Origin: Clostridia bacterium
GTDB lineage: Bacteria; Bacillota; Clostridia; TANB77; CAG-508
NCBI GenBank assembly: GCA_017404025.1
Contig: JAFRDD010000003.1
Span: 1 to 62,134 of the forward strand
Direction of reading: 5' to 3'
Length of the DNA: 62,134 nt
A model generated the notes under the pieces. That model had not been told where the DNA came from, did not search any database, and saw nothing but the letters and a program-made list of their open reading frames with translations. Of the stretch, positions 10,771 through 20,950 are shown one piece after another (position 1 is the stretch's first letter; each line of letters opens with the position of its first letter). Position numbers and translations under genes: made by a program.

Positions 10771-13700
10771 ATGGTAAAACAAAAAAAGAAAATTATTTAT
10801 GCTATTTTACTAATAGTTTATTTATTAAATTCCTTTGCAGGAATAGTTTCTGCAGCACAAATAAGTAATGCAGATATAGTTGATTTAGGTGATTGTGGTT
10901 ATCACTTACAATTTTGGGATACAAAACAAAATGCCTGGTCTTATATTATAACTACAATGGCTGGTTATTACTACAATGGCGAATTACATTATGCATATTG
11001 TATGCAAGCTGATAGAAAGGGTGTCGGCGAAAACGGAAATTACACAGTAAATATCTCTGACTTATTAGACAATGTACAAGTTTGGAGGACAATTACTGCA
11101 GGTTTTCCATACAGAACTGCTGGTCAGCTTGGATGTAGTACTGACCAAGATGCTTTTGTTGCAACAAAACAGGCTATCTATTGTATAATTTATGGATTTA
11201 ATCCTGAAACAAGGTACAAAGGTGGAGATGCTAGAGGAACAGCTATAAAAAATGCAATAATTAACCTAGTAAATGAAGGAAAAAATGGAACAAGAACTCC
11301 GGCAAATGCTAATGTTTCAGTAAAAAAAATAAATGACTTAATTTTTGATGATAACTATTGTTATCAAGAATTTAGTGTATCTAGCTTGGTTAATATTGGT
11401 AGTTATACAGTTACAGCAACAAATGGGTTGCCTAGTGGTTCTAAAATAGTAAATACAAATAATAATGAACAATCAACATTTAATGGAAATGAACATTTTA
11501 AAGTTCAAATACCTAAAAATACTATAACGGGAAATCTTGAAGGTACTGTTGCTGTTAGAGCAAAGTGCGAAACATATCCAATCTTTTATGGTAATGCTCC
11601 ATCAAGCTCTTTACAAGATTATGCCTTAACATTTGATCCTTTATCAGATGAAAGTGGTATTGCGAAATTTAATGTAAATGCCTATAAATCAAGTATAAAA
11701 GTAATTAAACAAGACTCACTTACAAAATATAAAATATCTGGAGTAGAATTTAATTTCAAATATGCTGATGGAGAAAATATTGGTAACTTCACAACAGATA
11801 AAAATGGAGAAATTACTATTTCTAATTTAAAACCTGGAAAAGTAATTGCAAAAGAAATAAAAACAGATAAAGATTATATATTAGATACAAAGGAAAAAGA
11901 AATTAACTTAAGTTATGCTGAAAATGTTGTTAAAAGTATTGATAATGACAAAAAAACAGGTAATTTAAAAATATATAAGGTAGATATGGATAACAATAAA
12001 ATTGGAATTGGAGATGTTGAGTTTGACTTATATAGTAAAGAATTAAATAAAGTTGTTGGAACATATCATACAAATGTAAATGGAGAAATTTATATTAAAG
12101 GCCTTCGTGTAGCAGATTATTCAGTAATTGAAAAAAGTACAAACAAATGGTACAACCTAGCTGATCCAATTGATATTAAAATTGAAGGTGATACTGATAA
12201 AGTCGTTACAATAGGAAATAAATTAAAATCAGGACAAATTAAGGTTATAAAAGTTGATAAAGATAATAAAGAACATAAACTTGAAGGAGTTAAATTTGGC
12301 GTATATGATAAAAACAATAATCTTTTAGAAACAATTGTAACAGACAAAAATGGTGAAGCTATTACAAAAGAATACGCTTTAAGAGATTTTGATTCATTAA
12401 AATTAGTCGAACTTGAAACACAAAAGGATTATGTTTTAAATGATAAGCCTGAAACAGTTAAACTTGAAGAAAATCAAATTAAAACAGTAATCTTTGAAAA
12501 TAAAGTAAAAACAGGAAAAATCAAAGTAATAAAAGTAGACCAAGACAATAAAGAAGTTAAAATTGAAGGAGTAAAATTCATTGTAAAAGATGATAAAGGA
12601 AATGTTGTAGATACAATTATTACAGACAAAAACGGTGAGGCTGTTACAAAAGAACTTCCAATAACATCAAACTATACAATTTATGAAAGTGAAACTCAAA
12701 AAGCTTACAAGCTTACAGATAAGATTGAAAAAGTTACATTAACACAAGACGAAATAAAAACATTAACATTTGAAAACGAAAAACGTAAAGGACAATTAAG
12801 AGTAATTAAAGTCGACAAAGATAACAACGAAGTACTATTAGAAGGTGTTACTTTTGATGTTCTAGATAGCAAAGGGAAAGTAGTAGATACTATAAAAACC
12901 AATGAAAAAGGTGAGGCTATAACAAAGGAATTGCCTTGCATAGATGAAAAATATACAGTTATAGAACGCGAAACTAAAAAGGAATATGTACTTACAGAAA
13001 AACCACAAACAGTTGAATTAAAAGAAGATGAAATAACATCAATTAAATTTGAAAACGAAAAAATCAAAGGTTATGTAGAAATAACAAAAGTTGATAGCAA
13101 AACTAAAGAAAAATTAGAGGGTGCAAAATTTGGAATTTTCAATGAAAACGATAAGCAAATTAGCACAATTATAACAAATAAATCAGGAATTGCCAAAAGT
13201 GGTTTATTACCTTATGGAAAATATTACCTAAAGGAACTAGATAGTGGCTCAGTTTACTATTTACTAAATGAAAAAACATATAAATTTGAAATAGTAAAAA
13301 ATCATGATACTGTTCCTGTAACTATTGAAAATGATGGAGTTGAAATTGAAGTTGATGTTGATAAAAAAGGAACAATAGAAATTAAACCTGGAGAAATGGT
13401 AAATTATGAGTTCTCTAATGTAGCAAACACATCAAATGTATATCTAGAAAACTTTAAATGGTATGATTATATTCCAACTGATTATGTTAGACTACAAACA
13501 ATGTCAACAGGTACATGGAATCAAGATTTGACTTATTCTGTATATTACAAAACAAATAAGTCAGAAGACTACATTTTAAGATATGAAAATCTTAAAACAA
13601 CTGAAAACCATACATTAGACTTTACAACAGAAATAGAACTAGCTGAAGATGAATATATTACAGAGACTATGTTTGATTTTGGAAAAGTCGATATTGGTTT

Positions 13701-13893
13701 CAAAGAAGATATTAAACCAACTATGGAATGTAAATCTTTAGATACTTTAAAGAACAACCAAACATTTACAAATAAAACAAGAACAGTAGGAACGTATTTC
13801 GGTATAACTGCTGAAAGTTCTTCAAAATGGACTACTATTGTTCATGTTCCAGAAGAACACAAAGATGCTGTACTTCCTAGAACTGGGAAATAA
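10771..13893 (+). CDS. Surface adhesin: Cys-Gln thioester domain plus SpaA/CnaB-type repeats, terminal LPRTG
   Basis: Signal peptide, YCMQ and ATKQAIY, repeated KVIKVD..GVKF..TDKNGEA..FEN units. Confidence 0.85.
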   Translation: MVKQKKKIIYAILLIVYLLNSFAGIVSAAQISNADIVDLGDCGYHLQFWDTKQNAWSYIITTMAGYYYNGELHYAYCMQADRKGVGENGNYTVNISDLLDNVQVWRTITAGFPYRTAGQLGCSTDQDAFVATKQAIYCIIYGFNPETRYKGGDARGTAIKNAIINLVNEGKNGTRTPANANVSVKKINDLIFDDNYCYQEFSVSSLVNIGSYTVTATNGLPSGSKIVNTNNNEQSTFNGNEHFKVQIPKNTITGNLEGTVAVRAKCETYPIFYGNAPSSSLQDYALTFDPLSDESGIAKFNVNAYKSSIKVIKQDSLTKYKISGVEFNFKYADGENIGNFTTDKNGEITISNLKPGKVIAKEIKTDKDYILDTKEKEINLSYAENVVKSIDNDKKTGNLKIYKVDMDNNKIGIGDVEFDLYSKELNKVVGTYHTNVNGEIYIKGLRVADYSVIEKSTNKWYNLADPIDIKIEGDTDKVVTIGNKLKSGQIKVIKVDKDNKEHKLEGVKFGVYDKNNNLLETIVTDKNGEAITKEYALRDFDSLKLVELETQKDYVLNDKPETVKLEENQIKTVIFENKVKTGKIKVIKVDQDNKEVKIEGVKFIVKDDKGNVVDTIITDKNGEAVTKELPITSNYTIYESETQKAYKLTDKIEKVTLTQDEIKTLTFENEKRKGQLRVIKVDKDNNEVLLEGVTFDVLDSKGKVVDTIKTNEKGEAITKELPCIDEKYTVIERETKKEYVLTEKPQTVELKEDEITSIKFENEKIKGYVEITKVDSKTKEKLEGAKFGIFNENDKQISTIITNKSGIAKSGLLPYGKYYLKELDSGSVYYLLNEKTYKFEIVKNHDTVPVTIENDGVEIEVDVDKKGTIEIKPGEMVNYEFSNVANTSNVYLENFKWYDYIPTDYVRLQTMSTGTWNQDLTYSVYYKTNKSEDYILRYENLKTTENHTLDFTTEIELAEDEYITETMFDFGKVDIGFKEDIKPTMECKSLDTLKNNQTFTNKTRTVGTYFGITAESSSKWTTIVHVPEEHKDAVLPRTGK

Positions 13894-13962
13894 ACAAATG
13901 ATAAATTGTTAGAAATCCTTTAAAATTTGCCCCAAATATTAAATTTTAGGAGGATTTTGATT

Positions 13963-14232
13963 ATGGAAATTACAGATATAAAAATATTTAAAGCTACAAA
14001 AAAAGGAGCTTTACTTGCTTATGCAAATGTTATATTAAATGAACGTTTTATTATTAGAGGCATTAGATTATTACAAACTGAAAAAAGTGGAAGATTTATT
14101 ATAATGCCAACAAGAAGAACAAAAGAAAATCGTTATAGAGATATTTGCCATCCATTAAATTCAAATGTTAGAAATGAACTAACACAAACTATTTTTGCAG
14201 CATATGATGAAAAGATAAAAAACGAAAAATAA
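13963..14232 (+). CDS. SpoVG family protein
   Basis: MEITDIKI...FIIRGIRL...MP...YRDICHPLN. Confidence 0.85.
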   Translation: MEITDIKIFKATKKGALLAYANVILNERFIIRGIRLLQTEKSGRFIIMPTRRTKENRYRDICHPLNSNVRNELTQTIFAAYDEKIKNEK

Positions 14233-14295
14233 AAATGTAAAAAGTGTTTTCTTAAAAATATTGCCCCTTAAATATTCTAAAGAAAGGACTTTTTT

Positions 14296-14883
14296 ATGAT
14301 TATAGATGAAAACCTACAAAACAATATATTAGATTTACAACAAAATCTAGACATGATACTTAAAAGTAATAGTCTAACAGATTTACAAATTGAAAAATTT
14401 TTAAGAAACTTTGAAAAAACAAGATACAATATCTTAAATGAAATTAAAATATATAATAAAAATGTTAATTTTGAATATGAAAAAATCAAAACAATAGATG
14501 ATAATTACAAAGCAAAACTTGAAGATGATACTTTAAAAATATATGTTCCAGAAGTTATGCCTTCATTTAAAAATCTAAAAACACATACATACAAAAGAAT
14601 TTTATTAAATATTACAGAAATTACAAAAGCTTATGCTAATCAATTTGATAATGAAGTTTGTATATTTGTAAAAGTGTTTGATAACATTTTAGGCTGGGAT
14701 ATAGATAACAAATATATAAAACCAGTTGCAGACGCTTTAATTTCTTCAGGTGTTATTCAAGATGATAATATTACAAAAATGTTTTATTGTGTGAAAGGAT
14801 ATTTTTCCGATGATCCACATACAGAAATTTATGTTTTTGATAGCAAAAATTTAAGTGAAAATTTTGATTTTTACAGGATGTAG
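14296..14883 (+). CDS. RusA-like Holliday junction resolvase/nuclease
   Basis: DIDNKYIKPVADAL...IQDD catalytic pattern. Confidence 0.65.
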   Translation: MIIDENLQNNILDLQQNLDMILKSNSLTDLQIEKFLRNFEKTRYNILNEIKIYNKNVNFEYEKIKTIDDNYKAKLEDDTLKIYVPEVMPSFKNLKTHTYKRILLNITEITKAYANQFDNEVCIFVKVFDNILGWDIDNKYIKPVADALISSGVIQDDNITKMFYCVKGYFSDDPHTEIYVFDSKNLSENFDFYRM

Positions 14884-14996
14884 AAATGTCGCGATTTTAA
14901 GTTTTTAGGCAAAAAAAATTACGACATATTATAATTTAATTAAATACAAGTGTTGCAACGGTTTTAAAAAACTTATGCGACATTTTTTTGAGTGGA

Positions 14997-15034
14997 GGTA
15001 GATAGGTGATATCGTAAGATATCGCATAGCTACC
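14997..15034. promoter_or_regulatory. 17-bp hairpin with GTAA loop, candidate oriT
   Basis: GGTAGATAGGTGATATC-GTAA-GATATCGCATAGCTACC upstream of the relaxase candidate and VirD4. Confidence 0.4.
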
Positions 15035-15085
15035 AAAGTTTAATTAATTTGAAAAATTAATTGATACTTTCTAGGAGGTGATTGT

Positions 15086-15997
15086 TTGAATTATTTTCCA
15101 AGTGGTAATGAGGAAATTACTTTATTAAAATTTATTGCCAAGTTCCAATATTTAAACACAAATGATACAAAATATTTTTTTAAATCTAAAGCTTATTATA
15201 AAAAAAGAATAACCCACCTAGCAGAAATTAAATATTTAAAAAGGGTTAAATATGATTTAGTATTAGATGAGGTTGGAATAAGCTATGTAAAACAAAATAA
15301 TTTTCAATATAATACACGAAATAGAAATAAAAAATATCTTCCAAGACTACAATATATAAGCCATTTAGCTGCAATGTTTTATAATAGTAAAACTATAAAA
15401 TATACTCCTTCATTTTCTATAAAAGATAAAGAGATTTTTACAACTACAGCAAGAAAATATATCGGAATACTAGAAATATCAGGAATTGAATATTTAACCT
15501 ACCATATAACAAGTAAACATGATAATAAATATATTTTATCAGTAATATATGACATACAAAAAGAACATAAATATAGAAATACCATTGTTCTTGTAAATAA
15601 CTTAAATCGAATAAATATAAATGATTTTACTTTTGGAAATAATCAAGTACTTTTAATTGAAGATTCTGATATAAATAGAGAAAAATTAGAATATCTACAT
15701 AGAATTGATTGGCAAAAAATAATAAATAATTATTATAATAATAAAGTGTTTTTAGCAGGATATAATTTCTGTGATTATACAGATTATAAAACAAAATTTA
15801 TCCTAACATTTTCTTTCCTTGATACTGAAAAAATAAATAGAGTAAAATACTTTTTAAGAGAAAACAAAAATAAAACTATAGATATTTTCTGTCCAAGAGA
15901 AATCGAATATTATATTAGAAAAGAACTTCCTAATGCAAACTACACAATAATTGATTTGGAAGATTATATCGTAAAGGAAATAAATATTTATGATTAA
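15086..15997 (+). CDS. Putative replication-relaxation (Replic_Relax)-like protein
   Basis: N-terminal wHTH-like segment; overlaps the virD4 start. Confidence 0.4.
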   Translation: MNYFPSGNEEITLLKFIAKFQYLNTNDTKYFFKSKAYYKKRITHLAEIKYLKRVKYDLVLDEVGISYVKQNNFQYNTRNRNKKYLPRLQYISHLAAMFYNSKTIKYTPSFSIKDKEIFTTTARKYIGILEISGIEYLTYHITSKHDNKYILSVIYDIQKEHKYRNTIVLVNNLNRININDFTFGNNQVLLIEDSDINREKLEYLHRIDWQKIINNYYNNKVFLAGYNFCDYTDYKTKFILTFSFLDTEKINRVKYFLRENKNKTIDIFCPREIEYYIRKELPNANYTIIDLEDYIVKEINIYD

Positions 15998-17750
15998 AAA
16001 GATAATCTTTTATATCTTTTTATTTTTTGTTTTATTCTTGGATATTGTAATTGACACAAATATAAATAATTATTTTAAATTATTGGAAAAATGTTTTGGA
16101 GAAAAAATTGAATTGAGTTCAACTTTATATGTGCTTATTTGCGTCGTAATTGCTCTTATTTCGATTTTTATTATATTAGACATATTACTTGTTATTAAAA
16201 AACAAAATAACGAAAATAAAGGCATTAAATTTAAAGAAGATGACGGAACTTATGGTACGGCAAATTGGATGCAAGAAAAAGAGATGACAGAAGTACTTTC
16301 ATTTGATAAACCAGGTATTATACTGGGCAAATACAATAATAAATTTGTAAAGCTTCCATTTGATAGTTATTTTAATAAAAATATTTGTGTATTTGGTAGT
16401 TCTGGCAGCATGAAAACAATTCGGATTTCTACTAACAAATTTACTAGAACTATCTATTTATAAAAAATCAATAGTAGTAACCGATCCAAAACGGTGAAAT
16501 TTATAGAAAAACTTCAAGCTATTTTAAGAATATTGGCTATACAGTAAAAGTCTTAAACTTAAAAGATATGAAACACTCTGATAGATGGAATCCACTAGCT
16601 GAAAATGAAACAATTACAGATGTTCAAACAAGTTCAAATGTCATAATATCAAATACACAAAGGCATAACAAAGGTGGAGATGAATTTTGGCCACGTGCTG
16701 AAGAAAATCTTTTAAAGGCCTTTGAATTTTATTTTTTAGAAACATATTCAGAAAATAATACATTAACAAATGTGTATGAACAAATATCTAGTGGTGATAT
16801 AGGAGAAATTGATAGAAGATTTAAAAAGATGCCACCTGATAGCCCTGCAAGAATGAGTTATAATATATTTGCAAGTGGTTCAGATACAATAAAAGCGTCA
16901 GTAATAACAGGACTTGGTACGAGACTACAATTGTTTCAAAATAAGGACTTACAAAAAATAACTAATGAATCAGATATTGACTTAACACTTCCTGGAAAGA
17001 AACCTTGTATATATTATATAATTACCTCAGATATGGATGATTCAAATGACTTTATTGCATCATTATTTTATACATTTTTATTTATAAAACTTGTAAGATA
17101 TGCTGACTCTAAACCAGATGGCAAATGTGAAAATGAAGTATTTTTCTTTTTGGATGAGTTTGCCAATTTAGGGCAAATACCAGATTTTAATAAAAAAATA
17201 AGTACTGTTCGTAGTCGTGGAATAGCTTTAATTCCAATTTTACAAAATTTACGGTCAATTTGAAAATCGCTATCCTGATGGCTTATCTGATGAAATTATA
17301 GGAAACACAGATACACGATTAGGACTTGGAATGACAGATTATAAAACTGCTGAATATTTTAGTAATTTAATAGGTGTATCAACAGTAGAAACAATGGCAA
17401 TTAGAAAATCAAATTCCCTTGAAGGAGATATTGAAGAATATGGCCAAAAAAATATTACAACTACACAAAGAAATCTACTTAATGCTGACGAAATATTAAG
17501 AATACCCACAATTAAATTACTAGTGAATTTAAGAGGTAACAAGCCTTTGCTTTTAGACAAAGTAATTTATACAGAACATCCATTAAGTAAGAAATTGAAA
17601 GATAGTTCTATTTTAGACTATAACCCAAAGTGGACTATAAATAAGTCAAATAAAGTAGAATTACCAAAGAAGAATGAAAATAAATCTAAAAAAGATATAG
17701 AAAAAGATGGGCCATCAAAGAAAGAAAAAATTACTTGGCAAAATTTCTAA
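15990..17750 (+). CDS. virD4: VirD4/TraG coupling protein, 585 aa after three +1 shifts at CGG (16422, 16492, 17252)
   Basis: YGTANW, GSSGSMKTI-GFLL, VTDPK-GEIY, WNPL, LDEFANLG, RSRG, QNL-GQFENRY. Confidence 0.88.
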
Positions 17751-17797
17751 AAAGTGGTATAATTTTTTAAATAATTATGTTATAAAAAGGTGATTTT

Positions 17798-18766
17798 ATG
17801 ATATTAACTAATTTAACAATAATTTTAGTTTCTGTTGGAATACTATTGTTAGTATTATGGGGATTTTTAAAAAAGAAGTATTTAATAATATTAGGAATAA
17901 CAGCTTTATTGATAACAATACTATTGTGGATTGGCTTTTTAATATGTGGATTTGCTAAAGAAGATGCAAAACAAAAAAGCCAAAATACTGAATTATCTAA
18001 TACTAATATTGCTACTAACACAATAAGCGAAAATCAAGAAGCTGAAACTATAAAAGAATTTAATTTAATATTTAATAATAGAAATGATTTAGGAATAGTT
18101 CAACTACATGATAAAAAAGCATTTGGAACAAGTGATAATGATTATAAAATTATGACATTTGGTGGGAATGTATCAATATTAATAGATAATACAACTTATG
18201 GATTAGAAACCATTTTAAGAAATAAAACTATTACTGGCGAAAATATTGTAAATAAGGCAATAGAAGATAGCAAAAATGGTGTTTGTACTAGTGAAATGTA
18301 TAAGGATGGTGGTAGCATAGAATATTACTATCCCGAATACACTATATTGAAATTTAATACCGTGGATGGTAATAGAGATTTAGTAATAGGTAAACCTGGC
18401 ACAATCATTAGTCAGTATCAAGAACAGATGAAAAGAAAAGCTGGAGATGAAAGTATTTTTGAAAATACATCAATAGCGGGATTGACACCAATTTCTGAAA
18501 GTAAAGCGAGACAAATTTGGGAAGAATACAAACATAATATTTTACTAGATACTCTAGAAATGTATAAGTTCAAGTCAGTAACACAAGGAAAAGTTAAACC
18601 AACAAACTACTTTACATCAGGTTCTGCATCTAATATAAAAACAGCTAATTTTGAAAGAGATGCATATATATATTATTATTGTGATGAAAGCGATTACGAA
18701 CGTGTTATAGGTTATGTTGATATGTATACAGGAAAAGTAATAGGTGGCGAATATTCCGGAATATAA
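17798..18766 (+). CDS. Hypothetical membrane-anchored protein
   Basis: Two N-terminal TM helices plus an extracellular domain. Confidence 0.6.
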   Translation: MILTNLTIILVSVGILLLVLWGFLKKKYLIILGITALLITILLWIGFLICGFAKEDAKQKSQNTELSNTNIATNTISENQEAETIKEFNLIFNNRNDLGIVQLHDKKAFGTSDNDYKIMTFGGNVSILIDNTTYGLETILRNKTITGENIVNKAIEDSKNGVCTSEMYKDGGSIEYYYPEYTILKFNTVDGNRDLVIGKPGTIISQYQEQMKRKAGDESIFENTSIAGLTPISESKARQIWEEYKHNILLDTLEMYKFKSVTQGKVKPTNYFTSGSASNIKTANFERDAYIYYYCDESDYERVIGYVDMYTGKVIGGEYSGI

Positions 18767-18846
18767 TAATTATATAAAAATTAAAAAATGACTTGAAAAA
18801 ATACATATAATTGTTATAAAATATTGCTTGTTAATGGAGGAGTATT

Positions 18847-19032
18847 ATGACAAAAAATAATGAACATATTACAGTAACAGAAGCAAATAAAATGCTAAAT
18901 AAATTAATAAGTGCAAGTGAAAAAGAGGCAAGCGTTTTTATTAGCATATTATCAAAACAATATATCGAAAAATATAGAATATCTAAAGAAAAATTTATTA
19001 CGATGTTATCTGAAAGTTTAGATAAATTATAA
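18847..19032 (+). CDS. Small hypothetical protein
   Basis: GGAGGAG RBS; TTGAAA/TAAAAT-type promoter upstream. Confidence 0.55.
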   Translation: MTKNNEHITVTEANKMLNKLISASEKEASVFISILSKQYIEKYRISKEKFITMLSESLDKL

Positions 19033-19097
19033 AATAATTAAAATTTATAGGCATTTACCAAAAAATGGTAAGTGCTTTTTTAATTGGAGGTGATTAA

Positions 19098-19892
19098 TTG
19101 AATAATTTAGATTTAAAAGAACTCTTAAGAAGCAAAGATGAAAAACATATTTTAACTGGAAAAATATCAGGAATAGAAGATGAATACTACAAAATAAAAA
19201 ATAAGAATATTCCTTGTGCAATAGTTTGGTATGAAGATATTAAAATTTTAATTCCAGTAACTCATTTAGGAACTGCAAAATCAAATAAATCTATTATTCG
19301 AGGAATGCTTGGAGCTGAAATTGATTTTATTGTAATAGAAATAGATACTTTATCAAATATTGCAATAGCAAGTAGAATTGATGCTATGCTTTTAAGACAA
19401 AAACTAGAACTACCAAAGCTTAGAATAAATGATATAGTAAGAGTAAGGATTTTAGCTGTAGGTGTAAAATCTATTATTGTTGAATTATATGGAATTGAAA
19501 TAATTATAAAAGCTGAAGATTTACAACATACTTTTATTGTAAATTGCAAAGATATTTATTTTTCAGGAGAATATCTACAAGTAAGAATAAAAGAGATTGA
19601 TATAAAAAATAAAACTTTTAAATTGTCATGTAAAGAGCTATTAGATAACCCATATAAAAATATAAGAAAATATTTAATTGAAGGTGGAGAATACACTGGT
19701 AAAGTAATTGCATTTCCAAAAGCTAATTCAGGAATAATAGTGCAATTAGATAATACCAAAATGACTTGTTTAATAAGAGTTCCTGCAAAATTTAATCATT
19801 ATCCACATTATCTTGACAATGTGTTAATAAGGGTTAGTGAAATAAATACTGAAAAGAAATATATTTATGGTTATTTAATGAGAATTTTTTAG
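19098..19892 (+). CDS. S1 (OB-fold) multi-domain nucleic-acid-binding protein
   Basis: Repeated S1-like units (GAEIDFIV..SR; V.V.I..V..G...I.LS.K). Confidence 0.7.
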   Translation: MNNLDLKELLRSKDEKHILTGKISGIEDEYYKIKNKNIPCAIVWYEDIKILIPVTHLGTAKSNKSIIRGMLGAEIDFIVIEIDTLSNIAIASRIDAMLLRQKLELPKLRINDIVRVRILAVGVKSIIVELYGIEIIIKAEDLQHTFIVNCKDIYFSGEYLQVRIKEIDIKNKTFKLSCKELLDNPYKNIRKYLIEGGEYTGKVIAFPKANSGIIVQLDNTKMTCLIRVPAKFNHYPHYLDNVLIRVSEINTEKKYIYGYLMRIF

Positions 19893-19907
19893 AAAGGAGA
19901 CCTTAAT

Positions 19908-20384
19908 ATGGTAGATATAAAAAAAGTAGCAAATTTTTTACAAGATTATGGATGTGCTAAATTAGAACATTTACAAACAATATTTGAAGATGAAGGAAAT
20001 AATTTTAAAAGTCTTTTAAGTACTAATATGATAAGTAAAAAAGGAGATATATTTGTGCATAATACACAAATAATAGATGAGAAAAAACTTACTGCATTAG
20101 ATATTTTGTGTATGTTTAAATACAAATTAAAACATTTTTATATGGGATTGGAACCAATTCAAATAACGTTTCTAACAAAGGATAATTTAGTTTATCATAT
20201 AATAGTTGCAGATAATGAAAATAAAAAAGGAATTACAAAACTTGTAAATGCCTATCCCCTTTCACTCCCTAAAGCTGATAAATTAATTTTAGCATATCCA
20301 GATAGGGAAGAAATAGATAAAATTGAATGTCAAATACCATTTATTTATACAATATATCCTGATTTACAGATAATAAATGAGTAA
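19908..20384 (+). CDS. Hypothetical ICE protein (DUF5697-like)
   Basis: Follows the S1 gene; wHTH-like N-terminus. Confidence 0.45.
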   Translation: MVDIKKVANFLQDYGCAKLEHLQTIFEDEGNNFKSLLSTNMISKKGDIFVHNTQIIDEKKLTALDILCMFKYKLKHFYMGLEPIQITFLTKDNLVYHIIVADNENKKGITKLVNAYPLSLPKADKLILAYPDREEIDKIECQIPFIYTIYPDLQIINE

Positions 20385-20472
20385 GTTCTTGATTTTATTG
20401 TAATTTAGTGGTATATATATGATAAATATAAGGAATTCATGTATTTATTTTTTTGTTTACAAAAAAGCAGGA

Positions 20473-20907
20473 TTACTCCTGCTTTTTTATATTATTCATA
20501 GAATTATTTTTACAACTTTTTATAATCAAAATCATAAATAACTCTCCAATTATGTACATTATATATTTAAAACATATATCTTCACCATTATCAAGTACAT
20601 ATTGCATTATTTCACTGCCTTCCACAACAATAGTATCTTTAATAATATTTGAATTACTGTATAGAAATAGTCTTGCATCTCCCAATAATGGTTTTAATCT
20701 GACTTTGTCAATAGTTTCTGGATTTCTAATATTCTCTTTCTCTAGCATTTTTATAATTTGTTCTTTATTATTTTGAGATATTTTTATTTCATATTCCTTA
20801 TAGATACTTAATTTAAAAAACATAATAATACAATATATCAATAATATAATGAATAATATATATATAATATGTACAAAAGTTTGTATCTTATTCTTCATAT
20901 AAATCAC
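20473..20907 (-). CDS. Hypothetical membrane protein
   Basis: TM segments at both ends. Confidence 0.5.
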   Translation of the reverse strand: MIYMKNKIQTFVHIIYILFIILLIYCIIMFFKLSIYKEYEIKISQNNKEQIIKMLEKENIRNPETIDKVRLKPLLGDARLFLYSNSNIIKDTIVVEGSEIMQYVLDNGEDICFKYIMYIIGELFMILIIKSCKNNSMNNIKKQE

Positions 20908-20950
20908 CTAGATAATTTTATCAAAAAAATATAATTTTTTCAATATTTTA

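Noticed and set aside
11690-13340. CRISPR or other DNA-level repeat array
   Set aside because: The repeats are degenerate protein-domain repeats of the adhesin; no repeat-spacer array was seen anywhere in the window.
6176-16497. Simple reassignment of CGG to another amino acid
   Set aside because: Triplet reading hits stops immediately (CGG TAG at 6176, CGG TGA at 16492); a frame change is required.
4531-17750. virB4, virD4 and the M23 gene as ordinary pseudogenes of a decayed ICE
   Set aside because: All lesions are the same event (C before a Gly codon at a codon boundary), no nonsense or other indels accompany them, and the same event occurs in host dnaC.
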